A DNA stretch of 64,000 nucleotides from positions 11,651-75,650 of the forward strand of contig SICN01000001.1 in assembly GCA_009691405.1 (NCBI GenBank). The letters run 5' to 3'. How positions within the stretch are numbered: the first letter of the stretch is position 1; each line of letters opens with the position of its first letter. Under the pieces are notes generated by a model, which was not told the DNA's origin, searched no databases, and saw only the letters and a program-made list of their open reading frames with translations. The translations under genes were made by a program, and so were the position numbers. This document shows, in pieces, positions 29,583-39,227 of this stretch. The DNA comes from Candidatus Peribacteria bacterium. Lineage in GTDB: Bacteria; Patescibacteriota; Gracilibacteria; Peribacterales; Peribacteraceae.

Positions 29583-30527
29583 ATGAAATTTCTTGTGAAC
29601 GGGTCCATCGCCTTTGATCTTCTTCTCTCTCACGAAGGGTCGTTTTTGAGTGGCATTGATGCAAAGAATCTCGATCGTCTGTCCGTCAATTATCTTGCGC
29701 AGGAATACAAGCGCCATCACGGAGGTGTCGCTGCAAATATCGGTTGGAATCTTGCGCTTCTGGGTCATAGCCCGCTTCTTCTTGGTGCAGTCGGTTCGGA
29801 TGGTGCGGATTATGTGAAGCTTCTCGCGTCCAAGGGCGTGGATATGTCTCTGGTGGAGACTGTGCCCGATGCGGCGACGGCAACTGCTGTGATTGCGACT
29901 GACATCGATGAGCGCCAGATCAGCTTTTTCCATCCCGGTGCGGACGGAAGAGGAACACTGCCCGATTTTTCGGGTTTCAAGAAAGACATTGCGTATGCGA
30001 TCATGGGTCCGAGAAATCCGATGCTGATGCTTCGGGGTGGGGAAATGTGCGTGCAGCACGGCATTCCGTATCTCTTCGATCCAGGTCAGCTTGTCCATGC
30101 CTTTGGTAAAGACGAATTCCGCCATGCGGTTACTGGCAGCAAGGGACTAGTGGTCAACGAGTACGAGTGGGGGCTGGCTTCGGGAAAGCTTGGATGGAAA
30201 GAAGGAGAGGTCGTCTCGGCGTGCGGAATGCTCATCACGACACTCGGAGACAAAGGCATTCGTTTGGTGACGAAAGAAGAGGATCTCGTCATCCCTGCAT
30301 GCAAACCTCTCAAACTTGTGAATCCAACCGGAGCGGGGGATGCGGCACGTGCAGGCCTTCTTATTGGCCTTGCCTCCAAATGGTCACTCCGAGAGATAGG
30401 TCGTTTTGCCGCAGTACTTGGGTCACTCCTCGTTGAGCAGGAAGGAACGCTTCTCGATACTCTGGATACCAGCATGATTCAGAAGAGAGCAAAAGAGAAT
30501 TACGGGGAGGAGCTGCCAACACTATAA
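29583..30527 (+). CDS. PfkB-family kinase, adenosine-kinase-like
   Basis: GSIAFD, GGVAANI, FDPGQ, NEYE and NPTGAGDA motifs; upstream of ahcY. Confidence 0.8.
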   Translation: MKFLVNGSIAFDLLLSHEGSFLSGIDAKNLDRLSVNYLAQEYKRHHGGVAANIGWNLALLGHSPLLLGAVGSDGADYVKLLASKGVDMSLVETVPDAATATAVIATDIDERQISFFHPGADGRGTLPDFSGFKKDIAYAIMGPRNPMLMLRGGEMCVQHGIPYLFDPGQLVHAFGKDEFRHAVTGSKGLVVNEYEWGLASGKLGWKEGEVVSACGMLITTLGDKGIRLVTKEEDLVIPACKPLKLVNPTGAGDAARAGLLIGLASKWSLREIGRFAAVLGSLLVEQEGTLLDTLDTSMIQKRAKENYGEELPTL

Positions 30528-30602
30528 ATTCCAAAACGTAAAAGCCAAATTTCAAGATCGGCAATGATCGTTTTGGATTTTGGAATTTGGAATTTGGGTT
30601 TT
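30526..30602. repeat. Inverted tandem heptamer repeat (AAATTCC-like / TTGGAAT-like)
   Basis: AAATTCC AAAACGT AAAAGCC AAATTTC...TTGGATT TTGGAAT TTGGAAT TTGGGTT. Confidence 0.75.
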
Positions 30603-30634
30603 TCCTGTGGTCATCTCTCTGCTAGTCTCCCCGC

Positions 30635-31888
30635 ATGTCTTTCGTCAAAGATCCAAAGTTGGCAGAGCAAGGCAGACTCAATCTCGAAATTGCCGAGAAG
30701 CACATGGGTGCGCTCCTCAAGGTCAGAGAGCAGTTCATCAAGACCCAGCCGTTCAAAGGGCTCACGATCGGTATGGCACTGCATGTCACGAAAGAAACCG
30801 GAATCCTCGTGCGTACACTCACGGCAGGTGGCGCAAAAGTGGCGATCACCGGTTGCAATCCCTTAAGTACTCAAGATGATATCGCTGCGGCACTCGCCGA
30901 AGAGAAGGATGTCCTCGTGTGGGCATACAAAGGGGAGAGTCGCGAAGACTACTATAAGTTCCTCACTGCGGTGATCGAAACGAAGCCCGACATCACGATC
31001 GATGACGGCTGCGATCTCGTCACGGAGATTCACACGAAGCATCCGCATCTTCTCGCGAAACTGATCGGAGGATGCGAAGAGACGACGACAGGCATCATCA
31101 GGCTCCAGGCAATGGCCAGAGATAACGCTCTCAAGTGTCCGATGATCGCCGTGAACGACAATAAGACGAAGCACCTGATGGACAACTACTACGGCACGGG
31201 GCAGAGCACATTCGACGGCATTCTCCGCTCGACCAACATGTTGATCGCGGGAACGACGGTTGTGGTTCTCGGCTACGGAAGCTGCGGCAAGGGTGTAGCC
31301 ATGCGCGCGAAGGGACTCGGAGCCCAGGTGATCGTGACCGAAGTCGATGCGTTCTGCGCGCTCCAAGCTGCGATGGACGGTCATCGCGTGATGCCAATGG
31401 AAGAAGCGGCTTCACTCGGCGATCTCTTCGTGACTGTCACGGGAAATCTCCACGTGATCCGCATGGAGCATATCGAGAAGATGAAAGATGCAGCGCTCAT
31501 GGCAAACTCTGGTCACTTTGACAATGAGATCGATCTCAAAACTCTTGAGGCCAAAGCGAGCCGAAAGCGGAGAGTAAGGCACTACCTCGATGAATATCTT
31601 CTCAAGTCCGGACGTATCGTCTACGTTGCCGGTGAAGGACGTCTTGTGAATCTTGCCTCCGCCGAAGGACACCCGAGCGAGGTGATGAGCCTGAGCTTCT
31701 GCGGTCAGGCACTGGCATGCAAGTACCTCGTGGATCACAAGGGCATCATGAAGAATGAAGTCATCACGCTCCCGCCGGAGATCGACGATTACATTTCGAA
31801 ATTGCAGCTCACCGCGATGGGACTCTCTCTAGATGCGCTCACGGAGGAACAGAAAAAATATCTCGCGAGTTGGCAAGAGGGAACATAG
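30635..31888 (+). CDS. ahcY: S-adenosylhomocysteine hydrolase (short type)
   Basis: CNPLSTQD, DDGCD, EETTTG, DNYYGTGQS, GHFDNEID and EGRLVNL..AEGHP motifs. Confidence 0.95.
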   Translation: MSFVKDPKLAEQGRLNLEIAEKHMGALLKVREQFIKTQPFKGLTIGMALHVTKETGILVRTLTAGGAKVAITGCNPLSTQDDIAAALAEEKDVLVWAYKGESREDYYKFLTAVIETKPDITIDDGCDLVTEIHTKHPHLLAKLIGGCEETTTGIIRLQAMARDNALKCPMIAVNDNKTKHLMDNYYGTGQSTFDGILRSTNMLIAGTTVVVLGYGSCGKGVAMRAKGLGAQVIVTEVDAFCALQAAMDGHRVMPMEEAASLGDLFVTVTGNLHVIRMEHIEKMKDAALMANSGHFDNEIDLKTLEAKASRKRRVRHYLDEYLLKSGRIVYVAGEGRLVNLASAEGHPSEVMSLSFCGQALACKYLVDHKGIMKNEVITLPPEIDDYISKLQLTAMGLSLDALTEEQKKYLASWQEGT

Positions 31889-32126
31889 GGCATTGCGTGG
31901 CTCGTGTTTGCGGGAAAACGAGAGAAAGTCTATAATATATTAGACATAAAAAAATATATTCGTAGAATACTGCCAATCGTTTTTTGTACCGCTTCGTCGA
32001 TACGTGATCTTTGGAACCAACGCAACATGGAAAACAGTCTGTCTTTTTTCTGTTCAAGACAGAGCACTTTCGAAATTGGATTTTCGAGTGTTATCGAGGA
32101 ACAGTCGGTTAGAGGGAGAGTGTTGT

Positions 32127-32279
32127 ATGAAGCGCAAGACTGAGGGCCGTAGTGGGAAGGACCACAAGAAACGTCTGAGACTCCCCCCGGGAGCCTCATT
32201 CCCGCCCGATGCTCACTTCGAGCGCGGACCTGACGGCCAAAAAGTTTTGGTCTGCAAAAACACCGCTGTCAGTAAGTAA
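32127..32279 (+). CDS. Small basic hypothetical protein (50 aa)
   Basis: ATG preceded by GAGGGAG and followed by strong hairpins. Confidence 0.35.
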   Translation: MKRKTEGRSGKDHKKRLRLPPGASFPPDAHFERGPDGQKVLVCKNTAVSK

Positions 32280-32328
32280 TTGCTGACACACCCTCCGCTC
32301 ACGGAACTCTCCGTGAGGTCAACCACCC

Positions 32329-32384
32329 GTAGCCAGTCCCTAGTGTGCATTCTTGTACGCGTTCAGGGGCTGGCTACCTCTTTT
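32329..32384 (+). terminator. Hairpin followed by a U-rich tail, putative terminator
   Basis: GTAGCCAGTCCCT...AGGGGCTGGCTAC then CTCTTTT. A second hairpin, CTCACGGA/TCCGTGAG, lies just upstream. Confidence 0.45.
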
Positions 32385-32455
32385 CGAAGCCAGACTGTTT
32401 TCCATATTGCGATTGGCACCGATACACGGCGAATTGTTTTTGGTATGCTCTTTTT

Positions 32456-32546
32456 GGAGAGGTGGCCGAGTGTCCGAAGGCGCGCGACTCGAAATCGCGT
32501 AAACCCCAAAAGGGTTTCGAGGGTTCGAATCCCTCCCTCTCCGCCA
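32456..32546 (+). tRNA. tRNA-Ser(CGA)
   Basis: GGAGAGG/CCTCTCC acceptor stem, anticodon loop CT-CGA-AA, long variable arm, GGTTCGAATCC T-arm, discriminator G plus encoded CCA. Confidence 0.95.
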
Positions 32547-32654
32547 GCCTTCGCAAAGCGAAAGCTGTCCACCGTAGCACTTGAGCTCAGTGAATGTTTT
32601 ACAAATACAGAGTCGCTTTGCTATGGCTGGCAAGCCATCAAGTGCGAAGGCGGG
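32544..32654. repeat. Two interlocked, oppositely oriented family-A palindromic elements at the tRNA 3' end
   Basis: Plus: CCAGCC-TTC-GCAAAGCGA...TCGCTTTGC-TAT-GGCTGG-CAAG. Minus: CCCGCC-TTC-GCACTTGA...TCAAGTGC-TAC-GGTGGA-CAG. Confidence 0.75.
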
Positions 32655-32727
32655 CAATACAGCATTCTTTTCTATGAAGCGTGTTCTTATGAAAACAACC
32701 CACCCCCGAAGGAGTGGGCGATTGCCG

Positions 32728-32883
32728 CTAGTCTTTGAGAGATTGCAGGAAGTCTGCAACCACACAGATGACCAGCAGCGCCAGAGCGATGGGGATGATG
32801 CCCCAGGGACTCTGGATCATGTCCAGGAACTTGAGGAGTTGCATGATCGGTTCCTCGTTCCCCCCTGGACAATTGTTTGCCAT
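32728..32883 (-). CDS. Small single-TM membrane protein
   Basis: MANNCPGG...WGIIPIALALLVICVVA hydrophobic stretch; AT-rich promoter-like region upstream. Confidence 0.4.
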   Translation of the reverse strand: MANNCPGGNEEPIMQLLKFLDMIQSPWGIIPIALALLVICVVADFLQSLKD

Positions 32884-32962
32884 CGTCGAGTCACGAAGTG
32901 ACTCTATCGGCGGTGGACAACAGTGCCGAAGCACTGGTATTATTATATAATAATATATAAAT

Positions 32963-33769
32963 TTAGTCAATTGTCCGACCCCAGAGTTTTCTCGGAATGA
33001 TTTGTCTGATGACGTCATCCGTATCAATAGTGCACGGCAGATACCACCGTTTCATGCTTTCTGAGATATGGCTGAATGCGAATTGACCGTCTGTCAGCAT
33101 GACATCGATAAGGACAATGTTTTTCTTAAGAAGTTCTGCGATCGTACGCAATTTCTCGGTTCGTTTTTCGGTTGCAAAATTTCTTATTTTTTTGAAGGTT
33201 GGATCGAATGCAACATACTCTCCCGATGAGTTGATTTGGTACAGCGAATCAAACTCCATGAACGGCTCAAGCAATATTGTTCTCCCTCTTTGTTCAATGA
33301 GCACTTCATCGCTTCCATGCGGTCCCTGAAACACTTGGAAGCATTCGTTATGCAGATCGATGTCCAAGGCACGGACTTGTCTCAATTGGTTCATGCATGA
33401 TTTTATTTCCGATTGCAGCAGAAAATTAACCATCAGTTCCCCGATGAGACCTCTCAAATTATCTCTTCGCTTTGGATTCACCCAAACGTCTGCGTATTCT
33501 GTTTTCCATTCCTCCAAAATCGGAGGTGGAATTCTGGCAACCTGGAAATCATCAAGTCGTATGGATTGTGCTTCTTTTCTCAGCGAATCCGTAAATGCTC
33601 GTGCGGTGAGTGGTGGCACCGCTTCCGTCGTCAGTGCGGTTAGGACATTCGAACGCACGGCGTTTCGAGAGTCCGCTGTTGCTTCGGCGAACAATCCTTG
33701 ATGAGCGGGAGACGGCGGCATCTCGTGTTTGCGATCGACGCCGAGAGAATGTTCCGTGGAGATCGACAT
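32963..33769 (-). CDS. Hypothetical protein, possible PD-(D/E)XK nuclease-like fold
   Basis: Long ORF with GLIGE...EFDSLY...VAFDPT spacing; start uncertain. Confidence 0.5.
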   Translation of the reverse strand: MSISTEHSLGVDRKHEMPPSPAHQGLFAEATADSRNAVRSNVLTALTTEAVPPLTARAFTDSLRKEAQSIRLDDFQVARIPPPILEEWKTEYADVWVNPKRRDNLRGLIGELMVNFLLQSEIKSCMNQLRQVRALDIDLHNECFQVFQGPHGSDEVLIEQRGRTILLEPFMEFDSLYQINSSGEYVAFDPTFKKIRNFATEKRTEKLRTIAELLKKNIVLIDVMLTDGQFAFSHISESMKRWYLPCTIDTDDVIRQIIPRKLWGRTID

Positions 33770-33818
33770 GGAGATTCCAATGATACGCCTTATCTCCTGA
33801 AATATCTTCTTTGTCAAA

Positions 33819-34908
33819 CTAGCCCTCTTTCGCCTCTCTCTTCAGCTCCGCATCGATCAGGAGGTCCAAATCACCATCGAGCACGCCTTGGGTATCGCTT
33901 GTTTCGTAACCAGAGCGGAGGTCTTTCACCATTTGGTACGGATGCAGGACGTACGACCGTATCTGGCTTCCGAAATCCGCACTCGTGATCTTCCCTTGGA
34001 GTTTTCTCTTCTCGGCTTCTTCTTCGATGCGTTTCCTCTCCAGAAGTTTTGCTTTCAGGAGACTGAGTGCTCGTTCTCTATTCTGGATCTGGCTCCGTTC
34101 GTTCTGGCACGCGACGACGATGCCGCTTGGCAGGTGCGTCATGCGGACGGCACTGTCGGTTTTATTCACGTGCTGTCCCCCCGCACCGCCCGAACGGTAC
34201 GTGTCGATGCGCACATCGTTCATGTTGATCTGAATGTCGTTGCTCTCCGCCATGTCGGGCATGACTTCGACGAGCGCGAACGATGTTTGCCTCAGATTTT
34301 TCGCATTGAACGGTGACAGTCGAACAAGCCGATGCGTTCCGAGTTCGCATTTCAGATGTCCGTATGCGGTATCGCCTGTGACGTGAATCGTCATCGATTT
34401 GATTCCTGCTTCCTGCCCCTCCGTTCGCTCGATGACGTCGGCTTTCCATTCTTTCCGCTCGCAGTATCTTAAGTACATGCGACCGAGCATGCCTGCCCAA
34501 TCCTGTGCTTCGGTGCCGCCCGCACCTCCGGAGATCGTGACGTACGCGTTGCCGAGATCGTACTTGCCACCGAGATAGAGTGCGCGTTCCGCAATCCGCC
34601 ATTTCTCCGAGAGCGTTGCGTACTCTTTCTCGAGTGCCGGAAGATCGTCTGCGTGGCAAGATGCGGCGATATCGCTTAGATCACTCACCTGCGACCGAAG
34701 TTCCACCATAGGGAGCCACTGCTTCTTGAGCGCCTTCAGGCGATCGAACATGTTCTCCGCTTTCTTATGGTCATTCCATAGATCGGGAGCGGTCGTCAGG
34801 GTTTCAAGTTCTGTGATGTGGTCGGGGATTTTTCTTTTCTCAAAGAGAGTCCTTCCCCATGTTCACTGCTTCGAGGAGTTCCGATACTTTTCGCAGAAGC
34901 TCATCCAT
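33819..34908 (-). CDS. prfB: Peptide chain release factor 2 with programmed +1 frameshift
   Basis: SPF and GGQ motifs. Upstream frame MDELLRK...KDSL ends in CTT-TGA (34845-34840); the +1 frame continues EKRKIPDH..PDLWND into the main ORF. Confidence 0.93.
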
Positions 34909-34974
34909 GGGAGAGGCGGAAGATTATGGTGTATTCTATCAGACGTATCATCCAGTCGCCACAATTTCATTGTC

Positions 34975-35598
34975 ATGAAACCTTCCGACCCCGCACACGG
35001 CGACAGCACTCCTTCGAAAGTGCTCCTTGCTGCGATCGAGAGGCTCTCGCTCCCTGCACTGCTCTTTGGCATTGTGTTCTTCGTGACGATGATCGCAGTT
35101 ACGATCGTTCTCACGCCGGATCGGTTTCCGGTGCGGATCGGTGATCGCGTCGTTCGTCTCATCGATCTCGAAGCCGAGCAAGAGAAGCTGCTTCTTGAGA
35201 AGGCGGATCTTCAGGCGAAGCATATTGACGTTGTCGATGCGAAGACGCCTGCACTGCATCTTCTTGGCTCTCTTAAGCCACGAAACGTTTCGGTCGGTAC
35301 GGTGTTGCTTGCGATCGAGAGTGTTCGCACCCGATTCAAAACCGATAGTGTCGATCCTATTTCTCTCCCGCAAATTTCGGTCTCCGGATCGGGGACGGTG
35401 ATAAAGATTGCCGGAGAGGTGCGCGATATTGGAGGTTCCACCATGCGCACGCTCGCGTCGTTTGTCGATCAGCTTCGAGCAATTCCACTCGTTTCCTCCG
35501 TATCGGAGCCCGAGTACGTCGAGAGGAAGGAAACTGATGACAGCACGACTGTTTCGCCTTTCTCCATGACCATCATCCTTCACGATGCCTCTTCCTGA
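34975..35598 (+). CDS. PilN-like bitopic membrane protein
   Basis: One TM, a coiled coil, then IKIAGEV...LASFVDQLRAIPLVSSV...FSMTI, a ferredoxin-like PilN pattern. Confidence 0.55.
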   Translation: MKPSDPAHGDSTPSKVLLAAIERLSLPALLFGIVFFVTMIAVTIVLTPDRFPVRIGDRVVRLIDLEAEQEKLLLEKADLQAKHIDVVDAKTPALHLLGSLKPRNVSVGTVLLAIESVRTRFKTDSVDPISLPQISVSGSGTVIKIAGEVRDIGGSTMRTLASFVDQLRAIPLVSSVSEPEYVERKETDDSTTVSPFSMTIILHDASS

Positions 35599-36433
35599 TT
35601 TGCTCTCTTTGCGGCGCTCCATGAAGATCACACTCTTCACTCTTGGCATACTTTTGTCTGTTGCTGCATGTGGGCTTCTCATCGCACACACACGTTCATT
35701 CTCTCTCAAGCGTGATACGGCGGTGATGATCGGCACAACACTCCCCGAACTTCGTTCCACTGTATCTCTCCTAAAGGCGAATCAGGAGGCGGAGCAGCAC
35801 TTCTTCCGAAGCGCCCTGAGTGCAAGGGAGGAGCAAGCATCCGTATACATCCTTCCGGCAGGTCCTGCCGCATCGCGTGCGGTGAGTGTTTTGCAATCGA
35901 TTGCTCGGGTTCTTCGAGAAACGGGAGAAAGCCAAGGTTCGATCGACGCGCTGTCGTTCCAAGAGAAAGCGAGTGATCACGGTGACTATAAAACAGTGAG
36001 TGCGACACTCAAGATGACCAGTGACTTCCGTTTCGTCGCGCGTTTTCTCTCCATCCTGGCACTCAGCGGCGACATGATGATCCGGGATGTTTTTTCGGAT
36101 GAGGCATCCTCGACCTTCCTGCGACAGGTCAATGAGAGTGCTCCGCTGTCACTGAAAGCTGCGGAAGACTTTTTGTATGGCGATCTCCTCACGTACGCGG
36201 CGGAGCCGGATCAAGTCGAGCAGGCGATGCTCCAAGATATCCCCGAAGAGATGCAGCCCGATATCCGCGCATTCGTGCTTGCGTCGGGTCTTGCCGATGT
36301 GCGGAGATCGCTTTCCGACATTGCACCGAATCTCAAGAAAGAGCGCATTTGGCCGTTGCCGTTTCTCACGGTCGACAGTCTCCAAAGAGATGGGGAGAAG
36401 TGGCAGATCGGTCTGACCTTCTACAGGAGATAA
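35585..36433 (+). CDS. PilO-like bitopic membrane protein
   Basis: N-terminal TM, coiled coil and C-terminal LTFY strand; overlaps the PilN-like gene. Confidence 0.45.
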   Translation: MPLPDLLSLRRSMKITLFTLGILLSVAACGLLIAHTRSFSLKRDTAVMIGTTLPELRSTVSLLKANQEAEQHFFRSALSAREEQASVYILPAGPAASRAVSVLQSIARVLRETGESQGSIDALSFQEKASDHGDYKTVSATLKMTSDFRFVARFLSILALSGDMMIRDVFSDEASSTFLRQVNESAPLSLKAAEDFLYGDLLTYAAEPDQVEQAMLQDIPEEMQPDIRAFVLASGLADVRRSLSDIAPNLKKERIWPLPFLTVDSLQRDGEKWQIGLTFYRR

Positions 36434-36451
36434 ACAGGGTATCCTGCGCGT

Positions 36452-38194
36452 ATGCGTCTTACGGTTCTCGTGCCGGCCTATAACGAGCAGGAAAGTATTG
36501 GAGGTGTTCTCAGGTCGATCCCAAAGAGAATGGATCCGGACACCATCGTCGAAGTCGTAGTGATTGATGACGGTAGCACCGATGCAACGTCTGCTATCGC
36601 TCTCAAGCATGGAGCCACGGTTGTTGCGCACAGAAAACGCTGCGGTCTCGCCGAGGCGTTTCGCACAGGGCTTTCTGTGGCACTCGCGCGCAATGCCGAT
36701 CTCATCGCAACACTCGATGCCGACTCTCAGTACCGTGGTGAAGAGCTGACATTACTCCTCAAGCGGATGCGCGAAACGAGTGCCGATCTTGTGGTCGGCG
36801 ATCGCCAAGTTCGAAAGCTCCAGCACATGCCATGGAAGCACCGCATCGGAAACATGGTTGGAAGTTTTATGCTTCGATTGCTTCGCTGCACGACGGTCAC
36901 CGATGCATCGTCCGGTTTTCGTTTGTTCACGGCGCGTTTCGGACGGTTGCTCCGGATCAGGAGCATTCATACGTACACGCATGAGATGCTCATCCAGGCG
37001 AAATCGTACGGTCTCAGTGTTGCCGAAATTCCTGTGAGCTTTCTTCCGCGTGCTCATGGCAAGAGCAAGTTGGTGCGGACACTGCGGCACCATATTCTTC
37101 GGTCATGCGGGACGATCGTGCGGGCGTACCTTCGGAGGCAACCGCACTCGGGAGTGAAACATGTGCTCTTCATTACGCGCAGTCTTCAGCCGGGATCCGG
37201 CGGAATGCAGTTATATGCAAAGACACTCCTGAATGGACTAAAGCATCGATCAGATGTTGTTGTCGTTATTGTCGGATACACAGGATCGAAGATCGGACTG
37301 CCGTTCTTCTTGTTGCGTGCATGGTTTCTTGCACTCTTCACACGTGCTCGGTACGTGCACTTTGGTGATTCTGTGTGTGCACTCTTTTTGCCGGTTTTCC
37401 GTTTTCTGCGTCCCGATCTCAGACTTAGCGTGACGGTCTATGGGCTCGATCTGACGTATCCGAACGTTTGCTATCAGTATTGCCTCCGCCACACACTCCA
37501 CCATGCTCACCGCGTTGCGGCGATTAGTCACGAAACGGCACAGAGAGCGAGGGAGCGTGGAGTGAGGAAGGAAAATATCGTCGTTGTGCCCTGTGCGGTG
37601 CCCTCATCAGCCCTCATCTCTGCCTGTCAGCAGACAGGCTCACGATCTTCTTTTGCGCCGCATATTCTCCTCCTCGGTCGTCAAATCAAACGAAAGGGAA
37701 CCGCGTGGTTCCTCACAAAAGTTTTTCCTGAGCTTCGACGTACTGTTTTGGATCTTCGTGTCACGATTGCGGGAGACGGACCGGAACTTTCCAGCATTCA
37801 AACGATTGTGTCCGATGCGAAATTTGAAGAGTCGGTGACTGTTCTCGGTGCAGTCAGCGAAGTCGAAAAAGAAAATCTTTTTTGCTCATCGACACTGTTT
37901 CTCATGCCGAATATTCCGGTGAATGGTGACATGGAGGGATTCGGACTCACCTGCATCGAAGCTACGTCGAGAGGACTGCCTGTCGTTGCTGCAAAATTGG
38001 AAGGACTGCGGGATGCGGTGATCGAATCGGAAACAGGACTCTTCTTTGAGGCTGAGAATGCAGAAGATTGCGTGCGAGTTATCAAAGAGGCTCTCGCAAA
38101 AAAATGGCATTCCGAAGCGATAAAAACTGCATGCCGACAAAAATTTAGCGTGGATTCTTTCATTAATTCCTACTGCACCGATGTCTGGCTCTAA
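36452..38194 (+). CDS. Fused GT2 (DPM-like) + GT4 glycosyltransferase
   Basis: N-half PAYNE, DDGSTD, DADSQY, DASSGFR; C-half GGMQ, YGLD, KRKG, EGFGLTCIEA. Confidence 0.88.
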   Translation: MRLTVLVPAYNEQESIGGVLRSIPKRMDPDTIVEVVVIDDGSTDATSAIALKHGATVVAHRKRCGLAEAFRTGLSVALARNADLIATLDADSQYRGEELTLLLKRMRETSADLVVGDRQVRKLQHMPWKHRIGNMVGSFMLRLLRCTTVTDASSGFRLFTARFGRLLRIRSIHTYTHEMLIQAKSYGLSVAEIPVSFLPRAHGKSKLVRTLRHHILRSCGTIVRAYLRRQPHSGVKHVLFITRSLQPGSGGMQLYAKTLLNGLKHRSDVVVVIVGYTGSKIGLPFFLLRAWFLALFTRARYVHFGDSVCALFLPVFRFLRPDLRLSVTVYGLDLTYPNVCYQYCLRHTLHHAHRVAAISHETAQRARERGVRKENIVVVPCAVPSSALISACQQTGSRSSFAPHILLLGRQIKRKGTAWFLTKVFPELRRTVLDLRVTIAGDGPELSSIQTIVSDAKFEESVTVLGAVSEVEKENLFCSSTLFLMPNIPVNGDMEGFGLTCIEATSRGLPVVAAKLEGLRDAVIESETGLFFEAENAEDCVRVIKEALAKKWHSEAIKTACRQKFSVDSFINSYCTDVWL

Positions 38195-39227
38195 GCGATG
38201 TTCAATCGGCATGATTGTGTGGGATTACACTCCCTCGATCGGCGGCATGGGTCGGCACGTGGCAGGTTTGGTCTCGGGTTTGATTGCAGCAGGACACTCC
38301 GTATCGGTCTTCAGCCGTTTCGATCTCCCGTTGCCTTTTGGTCGAAGCATTCTCTTCTCATTTTTGCTCCCTTTCTTCCTTCCACGTTGGGCCAAGAAAC
38401 TTCAGCCGGATATTTTGCATGTCCATGCGGGTCCCGGTGGAGTGTTTCTTTTAAGGAAACCGAAGCGTTGTCCTCTCGTGGTGACTGCGAACCATACGTA
38501 TGCGGATCAAGCTCGTATCGGCGGTCAGCAGTGGAAGCGTGTGCTTGTTCCGCTTGAGCGGAGAACGTATCGTCTTGCCGACAGCATTCTTTGCATTTCC
38601 GAAGATACTGCGGAGTCTCTTGTGCGTGACTATGGAATTGCACGCGACAAACTGTCGGTGGTGCACTGCGGCATTGATGTCGCACGTTTTAGCCGCAGCG
38701 ATTGCGTGCTCTTGGAGCGCAAGCGTTCCTGTGTGTTCATCGGTCGCCATGATCGTCGCAAAGGATTCGATTTGCTGGAGGCTGCATGGAAGATCGTTGC
38801 AAAGAAAGTTCCCGATGCACATCTTTCCGTTGTCGGTGTTCACGGTCATGACACTTCTTCGTGTTCATTTCATTCTTCACTCACTGACTCAGAGCTTCCA
38901 AAACTTCTCGGTGCATCGATGGTTGTTGTTTGCCCCTCCAGACTTGAGGGATTTGGGCTTGCTGCAGCTGAGGCAATCGCTTCCGGAACGCCTGTTGTTG
39001 CAACCGATGTACTGGGTCTTCGGTCGGTGGTGCGTGACGGAAGTACTGGGCTTCTCACGTCACTTGATCCCAGAGACATTACAGAGAAACTGATCCTCCT
39101 CCTCACCGATGACACTGTCTGGGAGCGACTGCATCTCGGATGCAGAAAGCATCGAGGAGAGCTTGAGAGTGTGCTCGAAATTGAACGGCACAGAGTTCTC
39201 TATCTGCGGTATACTGCATCCCAATGA
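38181..39227 (+). CDS. Glycosyltransferase family 4
   Basis: GGMGRH, RRKG and EGFGLAAAEA motifs. Confidence 0.88.
   Translation: MSGSKRCSIGMIVWDYTPSIGGMGRHVAGLVSGLIAAGHSVSVFSRFDLPLPFGRSILFSFLLPFFLPRWAKKLQPDILHVHAGPGGVFLLRKPKRCPLVVTANHTYADQARIGGQQWKRVLVPLERRTYRLADSILCISEDTAESLVRDYGIARDKLSVVHCGIDVARFSRSDCVLLERKRSCVFIGRHDRRKGFDLLEAAWKIVAKKVPDAHLSVVGVHGHDTSSCSFHSSLTDSELPKLLGASMVVVCPSRLEGFGLAAAEAIASGTPVVATDVLGLRSVVRDGSTGLLTSLDPRDITEKLILLLTDDTVWERLHLGCRKHRGELESVLEIERHRVLYLRYTASQ

Noticed and set aside
32456-33817. Genomic island integrated at tRNA-Ser
   Set aside because: No duplicated tRNA 3' end and no adjacent integrase were found; only short repeats and two orphans follow.
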